Part shown: piece by piece, positions 35,625 to 44,557 of the stretch
Layout: each line of letters starts with the position of its first letter
How positions within the stretch are numbered: the first letter of the stretch is position 1
From: Thermoanaerobaculia bacterium
Lineage (GTDB): Bacteria > Acidobacteriota > Thermoanaerobaculia > Multivoradales > JAHZIX01
DNA length: 64,000 nt
Direction: 5' to 3'
Assembly (NCBI GenBank): GCA_027069135.1
Contig: JALXFE010000400.1
Coordinates: forward strand, 28,774-92,773
Notes under the pieces: model-generated
Told to the model about the DNA's origin: nothing
Databases searched by the model: none
Seen by the model: only the letters and a program-made list of their open reading frames with translations
Position numbers and translations under genes: made by a program

Positions 35625-38117
35625 ATGATCCGTAGACCACTCGGGCTTTGCGCCCTCGTCGTATTGGTAGCCAGCCTCGCCGGCTGTTCGAGTTACCAGA
35701 GCTACCGCAAGGCCGAGATCGCAGCCCAACAAGAGGATTGGGATCGGGCCGTCCTTCACTACATGGAGGCCGTGGAGCGTGAGCCGGATAACCTCGGATA
35801 CCGCTCGGCCTTGCTGCGGACGAAAATCCGTGCCTCCCAGGAACACTTCAAGAAGGGTAAGCAATACCACGAAGCCGGGGTTCTTCAGCGAGCCCTGGTG
35901 GAATACCAGCAGGCGGTCCAGCTGGATCCCACGAATCAATACGCCCAAGCGGAGCTGGAGCGGGCTCGGGGAGAAGTCCGTGCCCTCGAGGACGAACGAA
36001 GTCCCGTCACCTCCCTCTCGGCGCTGAAGAAGAAAACCCGCGGAGCCCGTCCTCAACCTCCGACCCTCAACCCCAAATCGGACGATCCCATCGACTTGGA
36101 TTTTCCTCAGCCCACCTCGATCAAGGATATCTACCGGGCTTTGGGCAAGGCGTTTGGCATCAACGTTCTTTTCGATCCCAACCTCAAGGATCAGGAAATC
36201 TCCATCTCCCTCAAGGAGGTGACCTCCCAGGGCGCGCTGGAAGTCATCATGCGCGCAGCGGGACATTTCTACAAGGTTCAGGACGAGCACACGATCATCG
36301 TGGTGGCAGACACCCCTCAGAATCGCCGGAACTACGAAGATCTGGTGATCCAAACCTTCTTTCTCTCCAACGCCGATATCAAGCAGGTCATGACCATGCT
36401 TCGGAGTCTGGTGGACGCCAAGAAGATCGCCACCAACGAACAGCTCAACGCCATCATCCTTCGGGATACGGCGGATAAGGTCAAAGTGGCGGAGAAAATC
36501 ATCGAAGCCAACGACAAGGCCAAGGCTGAGGTCGTGGTCGACGTGGAGCTCCTGCAGGTGAACTCGTCGAAGATGCAGGAATTGGGCCTGAATCTCTCCA
36601 CCAATACGATCACCCAAAGTCTGGATCTGGGCGGCGAAAACGTGCCGTTGCGCATCTCGGATCTCGACGATCTGACGACCAACAATTGGACCCTGACGAT
36701 TCCCAATTTCATCTATAACTTCGTCAAGACCAATTCCCAGTCCCAGATCCTGGCCCGTCCCCAATTGCGCATCACAGAAGGCGAGAAGGCCCGGCTGCTG
36801 ATCGGTGACCGAGTCCCGATCCCCACGACCACCTTCAACACCTCCAACACCGTCGGAGGCAATATAGTGCCCCTGACGACCTTCCAATACACGGACGTCG
36901 GGATCAAGATCGAAATCGAGCCCCGGGTTCACCACAATCGGGAAATCACCCTCAAGGTCACCGTCGAAGTGAGCAATATTTCCGACTTCGTGATGGCGTC
37001 CGGAGGCCAGGAACAACCGGTCATCGGCACCAGGACCATCGAGTCGACGATCCGACTCAAGGATGGGGAGACCAACTTCCTGGCGGGCCTGATCCGGACC
37101 GAGGATTTAAGCTCCGAATCTGGAATTCCCGGGCTCTCCGATATCCCATTGCTGGGCAGGCTGTTCAGCAACAACAGCTCCAACGGCGGACGTACCGACG
37201 TGATCCTCACGATGACCCCGCACATCATCCGTACCCCCAACATCACGGAAGAAGATCTCTTGCCCATCTGGGTCGGCACCGAGTCGAAGATCACCTTTCG
37301 CGGCGGTAGCCCGCGGGTGGAATCGGAGGTGGACGGGCCCTTTGACGGCGACGACGACCGGGAGCGGGTCCAAGAGCTTCTACGCCAAAGATTGCAGCGG
37401 CTTCCCCGGGGCCTTCGGGAAAGAAATGGCAACCCGGAGACTGAGGAGGAGCCTCAAAACCCCGGCACGGACCTCACCCCGGGCCTGACTCCGAGTAGCT
37501 TCTTCCAGGAAGAAGAAAAGGATCCCGAAACCTCCAGCCTCGAGATCCCGGGGGCGCCGACGATCACTCTGGCCCAGCCGGACCCGGTGCTCTTCGCCTC
37601 CCATCGGGACGACGCCGAGAGTCGACCGGAGCCGGTTCGGCTGTGGATGGAAACAGCGGGGCGCTCGGCAGCGGCCGGAGATTCCTTCGAGGTCGACATC
37701 TTCGCGAACTCTTCGTCGTCCCTCTCGCATCTCCCGTTGGAGGTCAGCTTCGACCCGGAAGCGCTCGTCGTTGTAAGCGTAGAAAACGGCGGGTTCCTCG
37801 GAGCTCCAGGAGAGGCCGTAGTGCTTTCTGATCCCTCCGGCGTCGGACGCCTCACCATCGGCGCCAGCCGCCTCGGGAAACGCTCCGGGGTGAGCGGTGA
37901 AGGTGTCGTCGCCCGTATCCTATTCACGGCGGTGAGAGCCGGGGAGACGGATCTACAGTTGATCCAGGCCAAGGCCATGAACGCGGACCTCGAGCCCTTG
38001 GACGTCTCGCCGGAGGGCCTTAGGCTCGCCATCGGTCCGGGCTCCGGCTCGGGCAATCGTTCACGGGGACAAGGCGCCCGCAACCGGGAAGAACAACCTC
38101 CCATGAACCCGAGATAA
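35625..38117 (+). CDS. pilQ: Type IV pilus secretin PilQ (lipoprotein; N-terminal TPR-like region; C-terminal ~250-aa extension)
   Basis: Lipobox LAGC; GGAG RBS. Secretin_N repeats (NAIILRDTADKVKVAEKIIEANDK) and secretin core (ARPQLRITEGEKARLLIGDRVPI...DIPLLGRLF). Confidence 0.85.
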   Translation: MIRRPLGLCALVVLVASLAGCSSYQSYRKAEIAAQQEDWDRAVLHYMEAVEREPDNLGYRSALLRTKIRASQEHFKKGKQYHEAGVLQRALVEYQQAVQLDPTNQYAQAELERARGEVRALEDERSPVTSLSALKKKTRGARPQPPTLNPKSDDPIDLDFPQPTSIKDIYRALGKAFGINVLFDPNLKDQEISISLKEVTSQGALEVIMRAAGHFYKVQDEHTIIVVADTPQNRRNYEDLVIQTFFLSNADIKQVMTMLRSLVDAKKIATNEQLNAIILRDTADKVKVAEKIIEANDKAKAEVVVDVELLQVNSSKMQELGLNLSTNTITQSLDLGGENVPLRISDLDDLTTNNWTLTIPNFIYNFVKTNSQSQILARPQLRITEGEKARLLIGDRVPIPTTTFNTSNTVGGNIVPLTTFQYTDVGIKIEIEPRVHHNREITLKVTVEVSNISDFVMASGGQEQPVIGTRTIESTIRLKDGETNFLAGLIRTEDLSSESGIPGLSDIPLLGRLFSNNSSNGGRTDVILTMTPHIIRTPNITEEDLLPIWVGTESKITFRGGSPRVESEVDGPFDGDDDRERVQELLRQRLQRLPRGLRERNGNPETEEEPQNPGTDLTPGLTPSSFFQEEEKDPETSSLEIPGAPTITLAQPDPVLFASHRDDAESRPEPVRLWMETAGRSAAAGDSFEVDIFANSSSSLSHLPLEVSFDPEALVVVSVENGGFLGAPGEAVVLSDPSGVGRLTIGASRLGKRSGVSGEGVVARILFTAVRAGETDLQLIQAKAMNADLEPLDVSPEGLRLAIGPGSGSGNRSRGQGARNREEQPPMNPR

Positions 38118-38119
38118 CC

Positions 38120-38605
38120 ATGCTTCGACGCCCCACTGCACAACGCCCGCGGACCGACCGCGGAGTCACGTTGATCGAAATGGTCGTGGTGGCCGCGTTG
38201 ATGCTCATCCTTGCCAGCGTGAGCTACCCCGTCGCCAAGTATTCGGTCAAGCGCACCAAGGAAGCAGAGCTTCGCTTGGGACTCCGGGAAGTACGCAACG
38301 CCATCGATGAATTCAAACGCTACAGCGATGCAGGGCTGATTCCGGTAGACCTGGGGACCGACGGCTACCCCTCAGAATTGGAAGCCCTCCTCGAAGGTGT
38401 CGACCTCGTCGGCCAGATCGACAAAAAAGTGCGCTTCCTGCGCCGGGTACCCATCGATCCGATGGTGGGTAGCAACGAGGACTGGCTCATCCTCAGTACT
38501 CAAGACGAACCGGACGCATCCTTCTGGGGTGGTGAGAACGTTTTCGATATCCGTTCCAGCAGCCAAGGTGTCGGACTCAACGGCGTGCCATACGCTGAAT
38601 GGTAA
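38120..38605 (+). CDS. GspG-like major (pseudo)pilin with prepilin-type N-terminal methylation motif
   Basis: Class-III signal ...RGVTLIEMVVVAALMLILASV. GspG-like RRVPIDPMVGSNEDW (cf. PxDPWGN.Y). Confidence 0.75.
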   Translation: MLRRPTAQRPRTDRGVTLIEMVVVAALMLILASVSYPVAKYSVKRTKEAELRLGLREVRNAIDEFKRYSDAGLIPVDLGTDGYPSELEALLEGVDLVGQIDKKVRFLRRVPIDPMVGSNEDWLILSTQDEPDASFWGGENVFDIRSSSQGVGLNGVPYAEW

Positions 38606-39066
38606 AAGGGGGATCGATTTTGATTCGCAAAACTGGGACCTTGAGGCAGGTCAGGAAACGGCAGCACGGCTTCACACTCTTGGAGCTCATCATCGTCGTC
38701 GCGATGATCGGCATTCTGGCTACGATGGCCCTTCCAGCTCTCAAGGAGAGTCCCCGCCGCGCCAAAGAGGCGGTCCTCAAGACGAATCTTCGAACCATTC
38801 GGGACGTGATCAACCAGCACTTTGCCGACAAGGGCAATTACCCCTCGGGGCTGGAGGCGCTCGTAGAATCCGGCTACCTGCGCGACATTCCTCGGGATCC
38901 GTTCACCGGTGCCAACGATACCTGGGAACTGGAGTACGAGGAGTTCGACGAGGAATTCGAGCCGGCGGAAACCGATCTACCGGAGGACGGCCAACCCGGA
39001 ATCATCGATGTTTTCTCGGGCTCGGACCTCGAAAGTCTCGACGGCGAACCCTACAACGAGTGGTGA
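38599..39066 (+). CDS. Second GspG-like (pseudo)pilin, paralog of the previous gene
   Basis: HGFTLLELIIVVAMIGILATMALP prepilin motif; C-terminus ...GEPYNEW parallels ...GVPYAEW of the paralog. Alternative TTG start 38620 with RBS AAAGGGGGA. Confidence 0.75.
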   Translation: MVKGGSILIRKTGTLRQVRKRQHGFTLLELIIVVAMIGILATMALPALKESPRRAKEAVLKTNLRTIRDVINQHFADKGNYPSGLEALVESGYLRDIPRDPFTGANDTWELEYEEFDEEFEPAETDLPEDGQPGIIDVFSGSDLESLDGEPYNEW

Positions 39067-39070
39067 TCCG

Positions 39071-39931
39071 ATGATCCGGCGTACATCGCGGCTGCGGCGT
39101 CTCAGTGGCTACAGCATGGTCTTCCTGATGATGGCCGTCACCTTCATGACCATCCTGACGGCGCGGGTTCTTCCCGAATGGAGCGCTCTGAGCCAGCGAG
39201 AAAAGGAAGAAGAGCTGATCTTTCGTGGTCTGCAGTACGCGGAGGCGATCCGCGTCTTCCAGCGACGATTCGGCCGCTACCCGGTTCGTCTCGAGGAGCT
39301 CTACAAAGTCAAACCGCGCTGTATTCGGCAGTTGTATCCGGACCCCATGACCGAGGACGGGAGTTGGGGCCTGATCTTCGCCGGAGGGCCGGGAACCCGA
39401 GTTCAGGGTCAGGGCCGCCCCGGACAACCTGGGCAGCCTGGCCAACCCAACACCACCCGCCTGCCCCAGCCGAATTCAGGACACGGCTCCTCCGACGAAG
39501 ATGAAGGGACTCCGGGAGGCCAAAACCGGGCTCCCGGAAGCCCCGGGTTCGGAAAACCCCAGGCTGTAGGGCCCATCACCGGAGTGGTGAGCAAAGGCTC
39601 GAGCGAGAAGACCTTCAAGATCTTCCTGGATCAGGAATCCTACGATCAATGGGCCTTCACCGTCGATCTCGTATCCGGCGTGGCGTCGGCCCCGGACCGC
39701 CCACCTCAGGTACCCTCCGCCAAGACCCTCGGACGCCCGTTTCCGGAGGGCATCACTCCGCTGATCACCTTCACGCAGCCCAACCAACAGAATCCGCGCG
39801 GCCAGCGGGATGGAAACAACCGCAATGGCAATCGCTCACCAGACCGAAACCGCAGCCGAGGCGGATTCGGTGTCCCGCAGCCGAATCAACCGTCGACCGG
39901 CTCCGGCGGCTCGAATCGCCGTCGAAACTGA
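39071..39931 (+). CDS. Minor pseudopilin-like protein (prepilin-type N-terminal hydrophobic segment; G/Q/P-rich low-complexity C-terminal region)
   Basis: ATG 39071 immediately after the preceding stop. Motif GYSMVFLMMAVTFMTILTARV; GQP repeats. Confidence 0.6.
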   Translation: MIRRTSRLRRLSGYSMVFLMMAVTFMTILTARVLPEWSALSQREKEEELIFRGLQYAEAIRVFQRRFGRYPVRLEELYKVKPRCIRQLYPDPMTEDGSWGLIFAGGPGTRVQGQGRPGQPGQPGQPNTTRLPQPNSGHGSSDEDEGTPGGQNRAPGSPGFGKPQAVGPITGVVSKGSSEKTFKIFLDQESYDQWAFTVDLVSGVASAPDRPPQVPSAKTLGRPFPEGITPLITFTQPNQQNPRGQRDGNNRNGNRSPDRNRSRGGFGVPQPNQPSTGSGGSNRRRN

Positions 39932-40374
39932 TGAAAGTCCGCATCCGCCGACTTCCTCACGGAGCCGATCTCCCGCTGCCTCGTCCTGCCTCTTCGGGAA
40001 GCGCCGGCGCCGACCTGCGAGCCGCCGTTACGTCCCCCGTGGATCTCGGTCCCGGCGAAAGACGGCTGATCCCGACCGGAATCGCTCTCCAAATCCCTCC
40101 GGGCTGGGAGGGCCAGGTTCGACCCCGAAGCGGCCTCGCCCTACGCCACGGCATCACCCTCCCCAACTCTCCCGGCACCATCGACAGCGACTACCGGGGA
40201 GAAATCGGTGTCATTCTCCTCAACCTGGGACAGGAAACCTTTGTTATCGAACGTGGCCAACGCATCGCCCAACTGGTCCTCGCCCCCGTCGTTGACGCGA
40301 CCTGGGAAGAGGCCGAAGATCTCGACGACAGCGAGCGGGCCGAAGGCGGCTTCGGCTCGACAGGTACCCGATAG
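39931..40374 (+). CDS. dut: dUTP diphosphatase
   Basis: AGADLRA, RSGLALRHGITLPNSPGTIDSDYRGEIGVILLNLG, ERGQRIAQLV dUTPase motifs. TGATG overlap with the upstream gene. Confidence 0.85.
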   Translation: MKVRIRRLPHGADLPLPRPASSGSAGADLRAAVTSPVDLGPGERRLIPTGIALQIPPGWEGQVRPRSGLALRHGITLPNSPGTIDSDYRGEIGVILLNLGQETFVIERGQRIAQLVLAPVVDATWEEAEDLDDSERAEGGFGSTGTR

Positions 40375-40423
40375 CCGGGCGCTCAATCGTAGGTTTTCAG
40401 GCTCTTGGCCTTATTTCTCAGGC

Positions 40424-41614
40424 TTATAAATTCGCCGGGGTTCTGAAGCCGCGGGGGTCGCGGGCGAAGGCACGCAGCTGGCCGCAGGCGCCGCTGACTT
40501 CGTCACCCCGCTGTCGTCGGATGGTGGTGAAGACCCCTCGCTGCTTCAATTCCTGCTGAAAGGCCAGAACCGTCGAGGGCGCGGGTGGCTTCATCTCGTC
40601 TCCCAGGACCGGGTCCGGATTGATCGGGATCAAATTCACCTTGGCCGGCAGGCCCCGAACGAGGCGGACCAGGGCTCGGGCGGCCTCCGGCTGGTCGTTG
40701 AAGTCTCGGATGAGAATGTATTCGAAGGTGATCTGACGTCCCTTGGCCAATGGGAATCTGTGCAGGAGAGCCATCAGGTCCCGCAAGGGGTGGGTGCGGT
40801 TCACGGGCATGATTTTGGTACGGCGAGCGTCGTCCGGCGCGTGCAGGGAGATCGCCAGGTTGGGCCGCACCGGCCAAGAGATCATCTCCTCCAGGGCCGG
40901 AAGAATACCGATCGTCGAGAGCGTCATGCGGCGCGGAGCGATCGTCTCGGCTAGGAGCTCGACGGACGTGCGGACCGCTCCGGCATTGAGCAGAGGTTCC
41001 CCCATCCCCATGAAGACAACGTTGATCCCCGGAAGGTCCCCTGTTTCGTGGACCTCTCGGGTGTCCTCCTGGCCCAGGAGCGTGTAGACCTGGCTGACGA
41101 TCTCGCCGGGGGTAAGATCTCGACCGGCGCCCCAAAATCCCGTCACACAGAATTTGCAGCCCAAAGGACAGCCGGCCTGACTGGAGATGCAGAAGGTCCG
41201 ACGGCGACCGTCGGGAATGTCGACGGCTTCGATGCTGGCTCCGTCTTCTAATTCGAAGAGCCCCTTCACGGTGCCGTCCGCGGATCGCTGCGACCGGACG
41301 AGGCTGGGCATTTCGACACGCACATGCATTTCGAGATCCTGCCGCATCGACAGGCTGAGCTCGGTCACTCCCTGGAGGTCTGTGACCCGCCGGTGGTGCA
41401 GCGCTCGAAAGATCTGCTTGGCCCGGAAGGGACGATCCACCCACGGCCGCAGGAACTCTCGCAGCTCCTTGAGCGTGAAATCCAGAAGATTCGGACGGGG
41501 ATCGCGCGAAACTGGTTCAGCTTCCGGATTCTTGGCCGGACCGACGGGTGGAGCGTCGGCGGCGGAGCTTGCGGGTCGGGTCGATCCCGATCGATTGGAG
41601 GAAGTTGAGGTCAT
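40424..41614 (-). CDS. rlmN: 23S rRNA (adenine2503-C2)-methyltransferase, radical SAM
   Basis: CISSQAGCPLGCKFCVTG radical-SAM cluster motif, GMGEPLLN, and a C-terminal Cys; full-length similarity. Confidence 0.9.
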   Translation of the reverse strand: MTSTSSNRSGSTRPASSAADAPPVGPAKNPEAEPVSRDPRPNLLDFTLKELREFLRPWVDRPFRAKQIFRALHHRRVTDLQGVTELSLSMRQDLEMHVRVEMPSLVRSQRSADGTVKGLFELEDGASIEAVDIPDGRRRTFCISSQAGCPLGCKFCVTGFWGAGRDLTPGEIVSQVYTLLGQEDTREVHETGDLPGINVVFMGMGEPLLNAGAVRTSVELLAETIAPRRMTLSTIGILPALEEMISWPVRPNLAISLHAPDDARRTKIMPVNRTHPLRDLMALLHRFPLAKGRQITFEYILIRDFNDQPEAARALVRLVRGLPAKVNLIPINPDPVLGDEMKPPAPSTVLAFQQELKQRGVFTTIRRQRGDEVSGACGQLRAFARDPRGFRTPANL

Positions 41615-41930
41615 CGCCGTTGATCTGAAACGTTGGTTCCGGGAAACCTCGGGTCGCTACGGTGATCTGCTCCTCCGAGGTTCCTTCCCGCTGGCAGTTT
41701 ACCCTCAGGCAAACAGAGTATCCAGCGTCACGAATCGTTCGCAGGGAATGCCCTACGTCCGCCGAATCTGCCATGGCGGCGGAAAGCACCCTCGAGAAGG
41801 TCTTGAGCAGGGAATTGAGGTGCTGGTCCAGAGGAGGTTCCTTTCTTCTCAGATGACTTCGGCTTTCTGATTATCCCCTGGGGTTTTGAAAGGTGTCAAA
41901 CGAGGCTCAGATGCTGTAGCCTCGCCGGCG

Positions 41931-42926
41931 ATGCGTGAGAGCTCACACTGCACCCCCCAGGATGAGGAGATCCGGCGTTGGCTCGCGGGCCGCAATAGGT
42001 CCGCCCTTCGAATCGAGCCGCTGACGGGAGATATCTCCCCTCGGTCCTACTTTCGCCTCCAGTTGGGCTCTGGTGAGTCCGCAATCCTCGCGGTCTACCC
42101 GCCAGAGATGGGCGGGACCTACCAACGATTCCTGGAAACGACGTCCCTCCTCGACCGGATCTCGGTCCCAACGCCGCGGATCCTCGATCATGACAAGGAG
42201 CTCCGCTTCATGCTGCTCGAAGACCTTGGGCGCAAGAACCTCTTCGAGCTCAACCTTCCATCCTTCGAGGAATGGCGCCCTTACTTTGATTCTGCGGTGG
42301 ACTTGGCAGGCCGAATCCGGACCCTCGACCCGGCGCGAGTACGACTCCTCAATCCGATTCTCGAACCAGCAGCTCTCGAAATGGAATTGGACCAAACCTG
42401 GAGAGCGTACCTCCATCCTCAGGAAATGCTTCCGAATTCTAGGTCGAGGTCGAGATTGAAGAAGGCCCTCTCGAACATCTGCGCGGAGATTTGCCATGCC
42501 ACCCTGGTGCCTTGCCACCGAGACTTCATGGTCCGAAACCTGATGCCTCTCTATCCGGGCAGTGACTCCAAAGGCTCTGCCCCCATCGGGCAGCTCGCGG
42601 TGCTCGACCACCAAGACCTTCGGCTCGGTCCAGCGAGCTACGACGTAGCTTCGCTGCTGAACGACAGCCTCTTTCCTCCGGCGGAAATCGAAGCTGAGCT
42701 CCTAGAGCGCTCGGGGGTCTCAGAGCCGGACTATCGTAGAACCGCCATTCAAAGAACCTTGAAGGCCGTCGGCACCTATGCTTCCTTCGCGCAACGAGGG
42801 ATCCCGCGGCACCTTCCGCTCATTCCCCCGACCCTGGCCCGAGCCATCTTCCATATGGAACGGCTCCCCGATCTCAAGGGTCTGGCTGCCTTTCTCTCTC
42901 GACAATGGGCCCCCTGGCTAGGGTAG
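41931..42926 (+). CDS. Phosphotransferase (APH/ChoK kinase-like) family protein
   Basis: Brenner-type motif CHRDFMVRNLM and a downstream D..D region; ~330 aa. Confidence 0.7.
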   Translation: MRESSHCTPQDEEIRRWLAGRNRSALRIEPLTGDISPRSYFRLQLGSGESAILAVYPPEMGGTYQRFLETTSLLDRISVPTPRILDHDKELRFMLLEDLGRKNLFELNLPSFEEWRPYFDSAVDLAGRIRTLDPARVRLLNPILEPAALEMELDQTWRAYLHPQEMLPNSRSRSRLKKALSNICAEICHATLVPCHRDFMVRNLMPLYPGSDSKGSAPIGQLAVLDHQDLRLGPASYDVASLLNDSLFPPAEIEAELLERSGVSEPDYRRTAIQRTLKAVGTYASFAQRGIPRHLPLIPPTLARAIFHMERLPDLKGLAAFLSRQWAPWLG

Positions 42927-42992
42927 CCGGAAGCCAAATCTGCTAAACTGTCAGGTGCATCGATCGCAGCTCGATCACAAGGAGAACTCATT

Positions 42993-43184
42993 ATGCCGAA
43001 CTTGGGACCCATGGAGCTATTCTTCATCTTTCTCATCGTCGTCGTCTTATTCGGTGCCCGGCGCCTCCCGAGCATCGGAAAAGGTCTGGGGGAAGGCATC
43101 AGCAACTTCAAGAAGGGGCTGAAGACCAAGGATGCTGCCGAGACCCTGGAAGAACCCAAGGTCACCGAGCGCACCTCGACTTAG
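42993..43184 (+). CDS. tatA: Twin-arginine translocase subunit TatA/E
   Basis: MELFFIFLIVVVLFGARRLP...GKGLGEGISNFKKG: TM followed by an amphipathic helix. Confidence 0.8.
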   Translation: MPNLGPMELFFIFLIVVVLFGARRLPSIGKGLGEGISNFKKGLKTKDAAETLEEPKVTERTST

Positions 43185-43255
43185 ACCGCTGCCGAGAGTC
43201 GAATAGGCCCCGGGCGAGCCCGGCGCCTGCGCGAGGAACACGAGGAAATTGTAGG

Positions 43256-43975
43256 CTAGTTTTGTAGCAGGTCGCCGACGACGGAGCCTTGCCAAAGGCT
43301 CCGGTGGTGGCCGACATAGATCGCGAGCACCTTCTCGACGTAATTCTTCGTCTCGCGATATGGCGGAACGCCGTCATATCTGGCCACCGCGTAGGGCCCG
43401 GCGTTGTAGGCCGCGACGGCCATTTCCACATTCCCTTCGAAACGATCGAGCTGTTCCTTCAAGTAGCCGGCCCCGAGGGCAAGGTTCGTGCTCGGATTTG
43501 TGAGCTCTTCCAGGCTGTAGGTGGAGGCCGTCGACGGCATCACCTGCGCCAGGCCGACGGCCCCGACCGGAGACACCACGTTGGGAGAGAAATTCGATTC
43601 CGCTTCGACCAGCGCTGCCAGCAAGAGAGGATCGACCTCGTTCTTGCGGGCCATCTTGAAAATATCTTCTCCATAAGGGAGCTGCGAGAGCCGCCGGAGA
43701 TGGGCGGCCTCGTCATTGTAGGCCCGGAACATATCGAAGCTGCTCTTACTTTCGGAGATAGCCCGACGCAGGCCCTGCGGTAGGCGTCGGTGGGCCCGTC
43801 GGCGCCCCCTCTCCGCCGGTGGCTCGATCCATCGGGCAAGCTCCTGAAGCTCGGCGAGCTCAGCGTCGCCGGGAGCTTCCGGGCGCCAATCCTGAAGCGC
43901 CGTCGGCACTCGGGGAGTCAGGGAAAAAATCAACGCCGCAAGAGCGACTAGGCTCTTCCAGAGAAAGGGGGGCAT
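43256..43975 (-). CDS. Lytic transglycosylase (SLT domain) protein
   Basis: ES-GLAQVMP and AYNAGP SLT motifs; N-terminal signal/TM. Start taken at MPPFLW. Confidence 0.8.
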   Translation of the reverse strand: MPPFLWKSLVALAALIFSLTPRVPTALQDWRPEAPGDAELAELQELARWIEPPAERGRRRAHRRLPQGLRRAISESKSSFDMFRAYNDEAAHLRRLSQLPYGEDIFKMARKNEVDPLLLAALVEAESNFSPNVVSPVGAVGLAQVMPSTASTYSLEELTNPSTNLALGAGYLKEQLDRFEGNVEMAVAAYNAGPYAVARYDGVPPYRETKNYVEKVLAIYVGHHRSLWQGSVVGDLLQN

Positions 43976-44190
43976 GGTCAACAAACTCCTTGAAATGGCT
44001 GTAGATCGGCCGATTTGGCGCCTAGATGCCGCGGTGGCGGCGTTTTCGAGCGCCGGGAGCGCCCACAACGTTGGCAGCGGTCGCCCAGATTGGGACTTTG
44101 CCACCTCTACCGGCAAAGGTACTTGCCAGATTCGTGCCCAGTCAGGCCGAATCCGGAAAAAAAGATGATTTCTAGAGTGCGCTAGGACTG

Positions 44191-44448
44191 CTAGAGGCTG
44201 GTGTTCTTGGCGCGCGCGGCGGCAAAATCTGCGGGCTGAATCCCGAGAGCGGAGACTTTGTTCCGGAGTGTATTCCTATGCACTCCCAGGCATTTGGCGG
44301 ATCTGCCGAGATTTCCGTCATTGCGGGTCAGGGAGGCGAGAATGAATTGTCGCTCGAAGGCCTTCCTTGCCTGCTCGAGAGTCAGCCCCGTTCGGACCAA
44401 TTCATCGACCATCTGGCACCATCTGCCGTTCAGATTTTCCTGTGTCAC
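44191..44448 (-). CDS. Fis-family helix-turn-helix DNA-binding protein
   Basis: C-terminal NDGNLGRSAKCLGVHRNTLRNKV matches the Fis/NtrC HTH_8 consensus. Confidence 0.6.
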   Translation of the reverse strand: MTQENLNGRWCQMVDELVRTGLTLEQARKAFERQFILASLTRNDGNLGRSAKCLGVHRNTLRNKVSALGIQPADFAAARAKNTSL

Positions 44449-44557
44449 GCCGCTCTCCGCTTCCCTAAGGGATGAGTTTTTATCGTATCACAGGCAGACG
44501 ATTCGCTTGGCCCCCACGGCACGCGAACATCCTTCGAAAGGCAGGCTCTGGAATGAC

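Noticed and set aside
38909-39070. N-terminal 54-aa extension of the minor pseudopilin ORF (ORF track start 38909)
   Set aside because: It overlaps the preceding GspG-like gene out of frame and is Ser/Arg/Thr-rich. ATG 39071 sits right after the upstream stop and gives a typical prepilin N-terminus.
39409-39450. Tandem nucleotide repeat (GQP-encoding cagcctggc/caacctggg units) as a possible SSR/phase-variation site
   Set aside because: It has only ~3-4 imperfect 9-nt units inside the pseudopilin coding region. This is more likely a low-complexity protein region than a slipped-strand switch.
43209-43222. Short hairpin ccggg-cgag-cccgg between tatA and the SLT gene as a terminator
   Set aside because: The stem is only 5 bp with no U-tract, too weak to call.
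44080-44190. Possible sigma-54 promoter (GG-N10-GC) upstream of the SLT gene near the Fis-like regulator
   Set aside because: No sequence matching TGGCAC-N5-TTGC on the appropriate strand was found by inspection.
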